Shown: positions 16,850-24,783 of the stretch, piece by piece
Position numbering within the stretch: the stretch's first letter is position 1
Layout: every line of letters begins with the position of its first letter
Virus record (IMG/VR): IMGVR_UViG_3300036713_000084
Coordinates: 1-25,363 of that record
Reading direction: 5' to 3' (one strand)
Length of the DNA: 25,363 bases
Source: a virus
Lineage: Duplodnaviria; Caudoviricetes
Notes under the pieces: model-generated
Databases searched by the model: none
Seen by the model: the letters and a program-made list of their open reading frames with translations, nothing else
Told to the model about the DNA's origin: nothing
Made by a program: the position numbers and the translations under genes

Positions 16850-17551
16850 TTATATGATTGTGTGTTTTTTAAATACTGATATTAGCGGGTCAAGATCCAA
16901 ACGAGTAACATGCGTCGGGTCGTCTTTTTTCTTGAATGCCTTTTCTTTTCCTAAATTAAAACTCGCCAATTGTAATTGTTTTAATGCAATTTCCAATTGA
17001 ACAAATGTTTCGTCGGTCAAATCGCCGTTTCGAATTACATTTGTAATTGCCTTGACCTGATCGTTTATGTCTTTTAAATTAACGGATTTGAATCCCCTAA
17101 AAGGTGTATTTGGATTCGCCCCCATTGTGACGTTCGATCCTTCGTACAATTTAATTTCTTTTATCTGTCGGATGCCTTTTTCGTTGTCGTAATCACTTTG
17201 CACAACTTGAAATCCGATTGAATGTTCCTTCATTATCCCGGCCGAATATAATTTGATCGCATCCCGGGAATATGATGTGTCAATCAAAGGGTTGCTTTCA
17301 AAATAAAGTCCGTGTGAATCTTCTTTTAAAACGGCAAACCCTCCATGTGGTTGTTCCCATTTATGTTGATTAAGAAACAATATTTTATCCCGTCGGGTAT
17401 CCAACGAACGTTTAAAAGATCCGGGCAATATTACATCTTTGTCAAAATCTTCATTGTTAAATGCTGACAAATATCCCGTGATCACGTTGTTTTTTGTGTC
17501 AACGTCTTTGACCGATCCGGTCAAGTTTTTAAATTGTAACATTCCTGTCAT
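16850..17551 (-). CDS. HK97-family prohead maturation protease
   Basis: ITGYLSAFNNED..KDVILPGSF, FLNQH, EDSHGLYFE, HSIGF, EIKLYEGSNVT.GANP motifs. Confidence 0.95.
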   Translation of the reverse strand: MTGMLQFKNLTGSVKDVDTKNNVITGYLSAFNNEDFDKDVILPGSFKRSLDTRRDKILFLNQHKWEQPHGGFAVLKEDSHGLYFESNPLIDTSYSRDAIKLYSAGIMKEHSIGFQVVQSDYDNEKGIRQIKEIKLYEGSNVTMGANPNTPFRGFKSVNLKDINDQVKAITNVIRNGDLTDETFVQLEIALKQLQLASFNLGKEKAFKKKDDPTHVTRLDLDPLISVFKKHTII

Positions 17552-17555
17552 AAAA

Positions 17556-17590
17556 CAAAACTAATAAATAAACAATTCAAATTGTGTTAA
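17556..17590 (-). promoter_or_regulatory. Putative late promoter upstream of protease/capsid
   Basis: TTAACACA-N19-TAGTTTTG, same spacing as the other copies. Confidence 0.6.
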
Positions 17591-17771
17591 GTTTTGCAAT
17601 GATGTCCGCCTCCGTTGGATTGGATTGAAATATCAACATTGCATTTTTTGATGTGCAAACACACCGTCCGCGTTTCCAATATGACACCTCACGAACGTAT
17701 TTTTCTTCGTTGTCATACTTAAATGATTGCAAAATACGGTATTCGTATTTGTTTTTTTCAACTGTTTCCAT
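17577..17771 (-). CDS. 64-aa hypothetical protein, candidate partner or immunity protein of the MuF C-terminal domain
   Basis: Overlaps the MuF 3' end by 14 nt and fills the gap to the protease gene. Confidence 0.6.
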   Translation of the reverse strand: METVEKNKYEYRILQSFKYDNEEKYVREVSYWKRGRCVCTSKNAMLIFQSNPTEADIIAKLNTI

Positions 17772-19368
17772 TTCTTATTCTTTTATAAATTGCCTCAAAT
17801 CCTTCATAATCCAATTGATTGACCGTGAAATCATTTACAATTTCTTCTGCCTTTATTGATTTCAACCCTAATGTTGGGTCAATGAATTCCTTGCCAAATT
17901 TTTTGGCTTCACCGGAATATTTGTAATGTTTACGATATGATGCATTGTTTTCAAAAATATATTTCCATGCAAAATGATGATGATTGGCCTGTGCAAAATC
18001 AATTCGTTCATTCACAACGTCGTCGTCAATGGCCGTTTCTTGTATCCATTCTTGAAATTGATTTCGGACTTTACCTTCGGTGCGTTTCATTAAACGTTGT
18101 AATGACTTCATTTTATTACTTTCTGTATAAAACAAATCGGTTGTACTTTCAAACGGCAATTTTCGTTTTAAACTAAATAAACGTCCGTCAACCGTAATTG
18201 CTCGAATTTCTTGCAATCCGTTATACGAAAACAACCGGATATCCGCATCACTAAAACTCGACCCATATTGACCGTTTGAATGATTGCCCGGGTGATTGTG
18301 CGTTAATGTGTTGCCCGGCAAGTATCCCATTTCCCGACCCGTAAAATTAACATGGTTTTTTTGCCCTCCTTTTTCAAATATTTGATTTCCGTCCTTGTCA
18401 TAAACCCCCGCCCGTTCGTAATTTAATTTTTGAATTGCGTCTTCGTAATCTGCCATTGTTCGGTTCTTGTATGGATCTTTCGGTTCAACATATCGCCGTT
18501 CCGCCTCCGTACCCCTCCGGATCAATTGTCCGTTTTCGTCTTTCCTTGCAACCAACGTGACACGGCAACGGCAATTAATAATGTTTCCCGCAACGCCATG
18601 TTTTTGATCGCCCGGATGTAAAAGTGTATTAACTTCACCCGTTTTTTTGTTGATGAATTCAAAAACATCGTCGGCCGGGACTAATTGACCGTTTTTTTCT
18701 AAATGATCCCAACCTTTTGTCCGCACACGATGATCATCAATTGAAACCCATTTTTTATCCAACACCAAACGTTTTTCATCTTCTGCCATTTTTAACGCCG
18801 TCACATTTGATGCCGTTGTTATTTCCGTCCTGACAATACGCCAAACCTCATATTGATAAAACCGATCCCCCAACACTTCTTTTTTTATCTTGTCGATGAT
18901 CATATAAAATGATTCGGGATCTTCATTTTCAATCAAATCTGCAATGACATTGATCACCTTTTTCGCCAACGTTTCCTTCATGCTGACAATCCGTTGCCCT
19001 CCGTACTGCCTTAAATATTCAACAACAAATTTTGCGATGAATGTTCCGAATATATTTGTCCTTTTGACGCTTGTAATTGATTCGTTTATTTCCGTGTGCA
19101 ATTGAACGGTGTGCGATGCGGATACCCGAATGTAAATGTCCCGCAATGCATTAAAAATGTCACTTGTTTGAAGATTGATTTTCACGATACCCGGGTAATT
19201 TGATATCGTCATGTTTTCGTATGGCAATTTTTCCAACATACGGCGGATCGCCCGGAACATTATTGCACGACCAATATTTTCATAAACTTGAAATTGTCTT
19301 GTCCAATACTTTTGTTCATTTTGTTGCAATACTTGCATTCTTTGTTGTCTTGTAATACGCAAATTCAT
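17758..19368 (-). CDS. MuF / SPP1 gp7-family minor head protein with C-terminal JAB/MPN-like domain (536 aa)
   Basis: RIVRTEI, KKWVS..D.RVR...H, HPGD...NIINCRC MuF motifs, followed by a ~250-aa extension containing YERAG...THNHP...SFSDAD. Confidence 0.88.
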   Translation of the reverse strand: MNLRITRQQRMQVLQQNEQKYWTRQFQVYENIGRAIMFRAIRRMLEKLPYENMTISNYPGIVKINLQTSDIFNALRDIYIRVSASHTVQLHTEINESITSVKRTNIFGTFIAKFVVEYLRQYGGQRIVSMKETLAKKVINVIADLIENEDPESFYMIIDKIKKEVLGDRFYQYEVWRIVRTEITTASNVTALKMAEDEKRLVLDKKWVSIDDHRVRTKGWDHLEKNGQLVPADDVFEFINKKTGEVNTLLHPGDQKHGVAGNIINCRCRVTLVARKDENGQLIRRGTEAERRYVEPKDPYKNRTMADYEDAIQKLNYERAGVYDKDGNQIFEKGGQKNHVNFTGREMGYLPGNTLTHNHPGNHSNGQYGSSFSDADIRLFSYNGLQEIRAITVDGRLFSLKRKLPFESTTDLFYTESNKMKSLQRLMKRTEGKVRNQFQEWIQETAIDDDVVNERIDFAQANHHHFAWKYIFENNASYRKHYKYSGEAKKFGKEFIDPTLGLKSIKAEEIVNDFTVNQLDYEGFEAIYKRIRNGNS

Positions 19369-20795
19369 TCGTCGTCACCCTCCGTGTCGGTTTCTTCCTC
19401 TTCGTTGGGGATATCTTCCGGGACTGCCAATGCCGTTTGTATTGGAATTATGTTCATTGCAACGGTGTGAATTTCCATTTCCGGATCTTCTAATTCGGGG
19501 AATTGTAACGCCGTTCGCATTTCGTTTCTACTGATCACGCCACGATCCAATAAATTTGTCATCCATTGCGACAATTTTTCCGTGTCTTGTTGCATTTCGG
19601 GTAATTGGTTGGCCTTGAATACTAATTCCGTGCTTTGATAATTGGGATATCTTTTTAAAAACGAATGCAACCCTTCCGCAATCAATGTAAGATCCGGAAT
19701 AATGTTGTCCGTAACAACTTGTTTCCGGAACTGATTAACGTTGTCATATTTCGCACCCGCATCGTTGTTCAATAATTTATCCGACCAACCCAACACGTTG
19801 CAAATGGTTTTTTGATCAAATTCCAAATAATCAAACGGCCTCAATTCTTCCGTTGTTAAATTCAATCGTGTGAATGCAACCTCAACCGATACCCCCGCAT
19901 AATTTGATAAAACCGAACTATCGGCCTCCATTTCTGTTAATCGTTGCTTTATTTGATCCGCTTGTTCCGGCGTCAACGTAACATTTTTCCCGGATATGAA
20001 CCCGTAAGATCCGGAATTTTTCATCATTTTGACGTTTTGATTCAACCCTTCGTTGCTTGATTGGATGTTTTTTAATGCTGATCGCAACGGGGATTGTCCA
20101 TATAAATGTTCCCCGGATTCGCCAAAATTGGGGTTTGGTAATTTTATATGTATAATACTATCGCCCGGGAATTCAATTGACGTGTTCCCCTCAATCAACA
20201 TGTAATGACCAACGGGGTTTTCGTCCAACATTATGTTGGCATTGGGTTTTAAAACAATGCTCACTAAATGGCTAGGTAAAACATACAATTGTTTCGGCAC
20301 TCCTTTGTTTGACCCGTCATCCGGAAACACCTGATAAAAATAAACGTTGCCCGTTGTCCGCAAAAAGACCTTTGCCAACGCAAACAACTCATTCCAATTT
20401 TGATACGGATTCGGCTTTTCGATCGGCATGTCCATTTCCTCTTCTTGGTATGCCCGATCTTCCATTTTCAATTTCTGCAAATACAATGCGGGGTTTGTTT
20501 GAAAATCGTAATGCTGAAAAGTTTTTAATTTTTTTTTGGCTTGTTGATCTTCAACCCTTTTAACACAAAAAGGAACGGACATCGTTTTTGTTGCCATTTG
20601 TGATATGACCGCATAAACAATCGGATTTGTATTAAATCCATGTTCAACGTATGATGTCCCGGATGTGTCGTATGCCGTGAATCCCGTGCCAACATAACGG
20701 TAAAATGCTTGATTAAATGCGTTTTGAATCCCCTTGTTTCCTGATAAATAGTTGGTTAATCGTGTGCCTATTTTACGTAAATTTATGATTGCCAT
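19365..20795 (-). CDS. Portal protein, HK97 family (476 aa)
   Basis: NPIVYAVI, KPNPYQ, TGNVY, LYVLPS, IIHIK..NP, YGQSPL, ISRNEMR motifs; follows TerL. Confidence 0.95.
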   Translation of the reverse strand: MAIINLRKIGTRLTNYLSGNKGIQNAFNQAFYRYVGTGFTAYDTSGTSYVEHGFNTNPIVYAVISQMATKTMSVPFCVKRVEDQQAKKKLKTFQHYDFQTNPALYLQKLKMEDRAYQEEEMDMPIEKPNPYQNWNELFALAKVFLRTTGNVYFYQVFPDDGSNKGVPKQLYVLPSHLVSIVLKPNANIMLDENPVGHYMLIEGNTSIEFPGDSIIHIKLPNPNFGESGEHLYGQSPLRSALKNIQSSNEGLNQNVKMMKNSGSYGFISGKNVTLTPEQADQIKQRLTEMEADSSVLSNYAGVSVEVAFTRLNLTTEELRPFDYLEFDQKTICNVLGWSDKLLNNDAGAKYDNVNQFRKQVVTDNIIPDLTLIAEGLHSFLKRYPNYQSTELVFKANQLPEMQQDTEKLSQWMTNLLDRGVISRNEMRTALQFPELEDPEMEIHTVAMNIIPIQTALAVPEDIPNEEEETDTEGDDE

Positions 20796-20811
20796 TTTCG
20801 GTAAGTTTTAC

Positions 20812-20846
20812 CAAAAATAGTTAAAAATAATATCGTGATGCGTTAA
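20812..20846 (-). promoter_or_regulatory. Putative late promoter upstream of portal
   Basis: TTAACGCA-N19-TATTTTTG followed by GTAAAAC, shared with the copy at 15372-15406. Confidence 0.7.
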
Positions 20847-22273
20847 AATGTAAACACCTGATGCCCCGCCAACAATCGGTTGACCGATTGAACAAATGCG
20901 TCGTTTAAATCATCGTGTGCGTTTGGGAACATCAACAACCCTTGTTTACTGTCGTTGTACAACCGATCCAACACCGATTGGCGAACATAAATCAATCCGG
21001 CCTCGGCATACGGGGATGCCATTTGTGACCGTGCGATCTTGTCCCCTCCTTGTACCGTGACTTCTATTGCCGGGATGCCCTGATTTGTCAATACTTGTTT
21101 TGCACTTTTTCCCGATGCTTTTGCCTCTATGTAATGGGGTGATTGTTGTGATTTCATGTAAGGGATTAATTTTGGGAATTCAACCCAACGCCAACCAACA
21201 TCATAAACGTACATTTTTTCCCCTACTTTTCCCGCCGTAACGTATGCACTTGCCGAATTCGTTTCTTTTTCCGTGTATGCTAAATCCCAATCCGTGCCAA
21301 CTTGCGTGATTTGTCCGCCTGATAATTTGGGAAATATATTGTCCGGGACACCAATAAACCATTTTTTCCATATCCCCCCGCCCTGTGGTGTTGGGGTTTG
21401 CATGATTTGTCCGGCATACCCATACGATCCCAAATCCATTTTCATTTGATTCAAAACCTTTTTACTCAATCGAATGGGATCTAACAACCCGTTAATGTAG
21501 TTTTTTGATAATTCTTCCGGCTTTACATCATTTGATAATTCCCCCGGTAAACAAATATGTTTTATGGCTTTTCCCGTTTTGTCCAACCAATTGCCCGTAC
21601 AATCCTGATAATGTAATCTTTGCATTACCAATATTGTTGGCGTCATTTCTTTTTCTACCTTCCGGGATGACAACGTCAAATCCATAAATGTGTTGGCGTT
21701 TGTCCTTTGTACCTCACTTGATGCCTCCTTTGGATTCAATGGATCATCTACAATCAATAAATGTGCGTGAAATCCCGTGACCGTTCCCGTGACCGATGTT
21801 GCATATCGTTCGCCCCCGCTTGTGTTTTTGTATTGTGTTTTTCCGTCCTGATCCCTTTTTATTTCAATTTCCGGAAACAACGCTTTAAATTTTTCGTTTC
21901 TGATAATATCCCGTGATTTGATACTGTGATCCGTTGACAAGGATGACGAATACGACGCCGTAAGGGTTCGAATCCGGGGATCTATAACCCAACACCAAAC
22001 GGGCAACATCACCGTGCAAATCGTTGATTTGGTTGTACCCGGGGGAATATTGATGATCAAATCATATTCTTTTTCCTCACGGTTTGCGACCCGGGTGACA
22101 ACCTTTTGCAATTCATCGCACAAATATTCAATGTGCCAATTCCAAACCGGTTTTTCCGGGATGACCACATGCCAAAACATTTTTACAAATCGGTAAAAAC
22201 GGACTTTACAAACCGACCGTTCAATTGTTTCAATTTTCGGTAATTCCGGAATTATCTGCATTTCTTTTTTCAT
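20843..22273 (-). CDS. terL: Terminase large subunit
   Basis: WNWHI, LIINIPPGTTKS (Walker A), LLIVDDP (Walker B), VMQRLH, nuclease DWDLA / IEAKASG / HDDLNDA. Confidence 0.95.
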   Translation of the reverse strand: MKKEMQIIPELPKIETIERSVCKVRFYRFVKMFWHVVIPEKPVWNWHIEYLCDELQKVVTRVANREEKEYDLIINIPPGTTKSTICTVMLPVWCWVIDPRIRTLTASYSSSLSTDHSIKSRDIIRNEKFKALFPEIEIKRDQDGKTQYKNTSGGERYATSVTGTVTGFHAHLLIVDDPLNPKEASSEVQRTNANTFMDLTLSSRKVEKEMTPTILVMQRLHYQDCTGNWLDKTGKAIKHICLPGELSNDVKPEELSKNYINGLLDPIRLSKKVLNQMKMDLGSYGYAGQIMQTPTPQGGGIWKKWFIGVPDNIFPKLSGGQITQVGTDWDLAYTEKETNSASAYVTAGKVGEKMYVYDVGWRWVEFPKLIPYMKSQQSPHYIEAKASGKSAKQVLTNQGIPAIEVTVQGGDKIARSQMASPYAEAGLIYVRQSVLDRLYNDSKQGLLMFPNAHDDLNDAFVQSVNRLLAGHQVFTF

Positions 22274-22655
22274 GTAATTTCAATAAAACATCCAATTCCT
22301 GTTCCGATAATCCGGATAAATCAATTCGGGTGTTTATCTTTTCCCCGTCGGTTGTAATATCCTGATAACTTGTTGAAAGTTTTTTGCGTTCGTCATCTGT
22401 TCCGATCAACTTTCGCAAACTTATTTGCAACGTTGGATTTGATGATTTGTACCATTTATGATTTTGCACATACATCATTTGGTTTCGATTCTTGTACAAT
22501 ACTTCTTTTATAGTGTCCAATTTTTCCAATTCATGATTGTAAAATGTCGATCGGGTGCACGGTAAAAACGCAACCACTTCGTCAATAAAAAGACACTTTT
22601 TATTTTTTGCAATTTCGATTGCCTCCTTTTCTAACTTTTTTTTGTCGTATGCCAT
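22230..22655 (-). CDS. terS: Terminase small subunit (probable)
   Basis: Immediately upstream of and overlapping TerL; HTH-like segment (IDEVVAFLPCTRSTFY); DITTDGEKI and DLSGLSEQEL C-terminal motifs. Confidence 0.78.
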   Translation of the reverse strand: MAYDKKKLEKEAIEIAKNKKCLFIDEVVAFLPCTRSTFYNHELEKLDTIKEVLYKNRNQMMYVQNHKWYKSSNPTLQISLRKLIGTDDERKKLSTSYQDITTDGEKINTRIDLSGLSEQELDVLLKLHEKRNADNSGITEN

Positions 22656-22656
22656 A

Positions 22657-22980
22657 TCAATTGTCGTTTTTTAAGATTCCCAATTCGGATGACATTGCGA
22701 TACTGATATTTTTTGATGCCTCCAATATTTTACGCGTTATCCTTAATTCGGGAACTTTTTTTTCTGCTTTTACTTGTCCGGATGCGTTTGATCCGGTGTG
22801 ATTATAAACAATATTGTTCCATTTCGTGAATGAATTTACATTGATCACCGTCAACCAATACATGTTCGATGCCAATTCCCGTTGCAATTCAATCAACTTT
22901 TCTTTGGTGTTGTATTGCCCTGATTCGTATTGATCAACAACGTTTTCGATTGATTTCAATATGTCGTTTAATTCCTTCAT
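22657..22980 (-). CDS. Hypothetical helical protein (107 aa; probable start 22980)
   Basis: ORF abutting terS. The ATG at 22980 has an AT-rich AAA context, whereas the longer start lies in the terminator U-run. Confidence 0.7.
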   Translation of the reverse strand: MKELNDILKSIENVVDQYESGQYNTKEKLIELQRELASNMYWLTVINVNSFTKWNNIVYNHTGSNASGQVKAEKKVPELRITRKILEASKNISIAMSSELGILKNDN

Positions 22981-22996
22981 TTTCAAATAAATGTAC

Positions 22997-23030
22997 AAAA
23001 AAACGCCACACGTTGGGGATCGTATGGCGT
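22997..23030 (-). terminator. Rho-independent terminator ending the replication/accessory transcript
   Basis: ACGCCATACG-ATCCCCAA-CGTGTGGCGT stem-loop followed by a U-run. Confidence 0.85.
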
Positions 23031-23080
23031 TAACTAGGATATAACCTTCAAATCAAAAAAGTTAATCAAATATACTTCTT

Positions 23081-23320
23081 TTAATTGATATCCCCGAAAT
23101 TTTCGATGTGATATAATAATTTAATCCAATTGTTTATCCGTTCATATTGGTAATCGGTGTTGCTGATTTCACCCTCTAAAACCTTGAAAAACGTTGTTTT
23201 TGATACATTGGTTTGGTACAACATATTTTCCCGGGTGCTTTCCTTTGCATTCTTCCAACTCAATCTTAAAAGAAACAATTGGCAATTGAATTCACTTATT
23301 GGGATGTATGTTAATTTCAT
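23081..23320 (-). CDS. Hypothetical protein (79 aa), last gene after the repeat array
   Basis: Starts at the ATG of the repeat copy at 23318-23336, with an ATGA overlap. Confidence 0.7.
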   Translation of the reverse strand: MKLTYIPISEFNCQLFLLRLSWKNAKESTRENMLYQTNVSKTTFFKVLEGEISNTDYQYERINNWIKLLYHIENFGDIN

Positions 23321-23487
23321 TTTTCTAGTTGTTTAATTGACTTGTTAAATTTATTGTAGCAATTTTCACATAAAATAAATTGGTGGTTAAAAATAGAAAC
23401 TCCATAAGAAACCCTTTGTCCTTTGTTGTATTGTGTTACGTATGATAAACAATTATCACACTTGCTAAAGTTTGATATGATTCCCAT
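23317..23487 (-). CDS. 56-aa CxxC...CxxC zinc-ribbon micro-protein (not in the ORF track)
   Basis: MGIISNFSKCDNCLSYVTQYNKGQRVSYGVSIFNHQFILCENCYNKFNKSIKQLEK; TAATG and ATGA coupling at its two ends. Confidence 0.78.
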   Translation of the reverse strand: MGIISNFSKCDNCLSYVTQYNKGQRVSYGVSIFNHQFILCENCYNKFNKSIKQLEK

Positions 23488-23642
23488 TATTTCTCGAGTT
23501 GTTTAGAATCATTTTCCCATTGGCATACACCACATATCTTCCACCCAACAACCTCAATATATCCTTTGCCGTTTAATGCTCTGCCACATTTATCACACAC
23601 TTCCGTTAATATTGTGCCGTCCTGTCGTATTTCTAAACTCAT
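23487..23642 (-). CDS. 51-aa CxxC...CxxC zinc-ribbon micro-protein (not in the ORF track)
   Basis: MSLEIRQDGTILTEVCDKCGRALNGKGYIEVVGWKICGVCQWENDSKQLEK; starts and stops inside repeat copies. Confidence 0.78.
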   Translation of the reverse strand: MSLEIRQDGTILTEVCDKCGRALNGKGYIEVVGWKICGVCQWENDSKQLEK

Positions 23643-23796
23643 TCTCTAGTTGTTTAAGTTGTTCTTCATATTTTTCTTCCTTTTCTAAAAGGCTCAAAAA
23701 CATAAACTGATCGCAATAGGGATTAGCCATTAATTCTCTAGTTGATTTTAATGCTTTTTCTATGTTTTCTTTGGTTAATGATGTATCTATTATCAT
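23593..23796 (-). CDS. 67-aa hypothetical protein in the repeat array
   Basis: Starts at a repeat ATG and reads through the next repeat copy (KQLENEF...). Confidence 0.65.
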   Translation of the reverse strand: MIIDTSLTKENIEKALKSTRELMANPYCDQFMFLSLLEKEEKYEEQLKQLENEFRNTTGRHNINGSV

Positions 23797-23800
23797 TTCT

Positions 23801-23902
23801 CTAGTTGTTTAAAGTTGTGCTATCTGACGTTGTGCTTTCTCTAATTTCTTCATTGGTTATCCAATAAAATTGTCCATGATATACTTCAAAATGCCCTTTC
23901 AT
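23801..23902 (-). CDS. 33-aa micro-ORF (not in the ORF track)
   Basis: MKGHFEVYHGQFYWITNEEIRESTTSDSTTLNN; ATG in the first repeat, TAG in the second. Confidence 0.55.
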   Translation of the reverse strand: MKGHFEVYHGQFYWITNEEIRESTTSDSTTLNN

Positions 23903-23928
23903 TTCTCTAGTTGTTTAAGGGTTTTAAA

Positions 23929-24783
23929 TTACATTCCTAGTCCCGGATCAACACTTTCCGTTTCTTCCGGCAACCAATCATTGTTGATTTTAAAGTTGAT
24001 ATCGTCAAATTTCTTCCCCCTTGCCCGTGTACATGTTGCCGTTGAATAAGATCCGTGATCAATTAGTGTGACAATGGTTTCACATTTTTGTTGTAAAACC
24101 GTTCCCAAATGCCCCCGGCCTTTGTCTGATCCGGGGTTCAAATGCAATATCCCCGTGATATGGCTTTTTGAAATTGTCGAATATTTCATCAAATCCAATG
24201 TAAATTCAAAGGATTGTTCCTGACTATTGAAATCTTTGACGAAATCAACATACCCGTCAATCATAACCAAACCAATTTTGTCTTTTATTGCGGATTCCAT
24301 GAAAAGGTATTCTAAAAATGACCTTTTTTCTTCGACATTATATTCCCGCAATCCGTAATTTATGTAATTGTCCGGCAAAGATCCGCACATTTTTGGGATT
24401 CGGGATGCATTTAACCAACGATCGTAATCGCCTTGTTCCGAATCTATGTCAATGACGTACCGATCTTCCAACCCATACCCCCGGATGCGTTCACAATAAT
24501 TATTTGCTTTGCCTCCGATCGCCCCCGCCAATAAAAGGGACTTAAAAAATGACTTCCGTGTTTTTTCTTGTCCCCGGATCAAACTGATATTTCCATACGT
24601 CCCAAAACGCAACGGATAATGAACCCCGTTATATTCGTTTTCATCTTCCCCAATTCCGATACAAACCGGCGGAAACCCGGGACGGTTTCGGATGTCTGTT
24701 TTTGCGTTATTAAAAATTTCAACCCCTGTTCGATGCCTGACTTCTGTTTCCGTTGGCACACTTAATTTTCTGATTGTTGTCAT
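23929..24783 (-). CDS. RecA-like AAA ATPase, probable replicative helicase (284 aa; probable start 24783)
   Basis: GNISLIRGQEKTRKS (variant Walker A), IDIDSEQG, LVMIDG (Walker B), ILHLNPG..KGRGHLG; ATGA overlap with the initiator gene. Confidence 0.8.
   Translation of the reverse strand: MTTIRKLSVPTETEVRHRTGVEIFNNAKTDIRNRPGFPPVCIGIGEDENEYNGVHYPLRFGTYGNISLIRGQEKTRKSFFKSLLLAGAIGGKANNYCERIRGYGLEDRYVIDIDSEQGDYDRWLNASRIPKMCGSLPDNYINYGLREYNVEEKRSFLEYLFMESAIKDKIGLVMIDGYVDFVKDFNSQEQSFEFTLDLMKYSTISKSHITGILHLNPGSDKGRGHLGTVLQQKCETIVTLIDHGSYSTATCTRARGKKFDDINFKINNDWLPEETESVDPGLGM

Larger units (their letters stand above)
23318..23918 (-). repeat. Dispersed 19-nt direct repeat TTAAACAACTAGAGAAATG at each micro-ORF junction (5 copies plus 1 degenerate)
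   Basis: Exact copies at 23900-23918 and 23794-23812; one-nt deletion at 23640-23657; variant CTAAACAACTCGAGAAATAATG at 23485-23506; one mismatch at 23318-23336; degenerate TAAAATCAACTAGAGAATTAATG at 23728-23750. Confidence 0.93.

Noticed and set aside
22987-23033. TTAACGCC...TACATTTA as a fifth late promoter upstream of the terminase operon
   Set aside because: The spacing is 11 nt longer than in the other four copies and the upstream part is the terminator arm. It is not excluded but not supportable.
23318-23918. Repeat array as a CRISPR or mini-CRISPR array
   Set aside because: The repeats are only ~19 nt, the intervening segments are ~87-148 nt, unequal and protein-coding, and no cas genes are present.
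24550-24576. Walker A GQEKTRKS as evidence of an inactive helicase
   Set aside because: From memory, a basic residue in place of the second Gly is common in this Bacteroidota AAA family, and the catalytic Lys-Ser and Walker B are intact.
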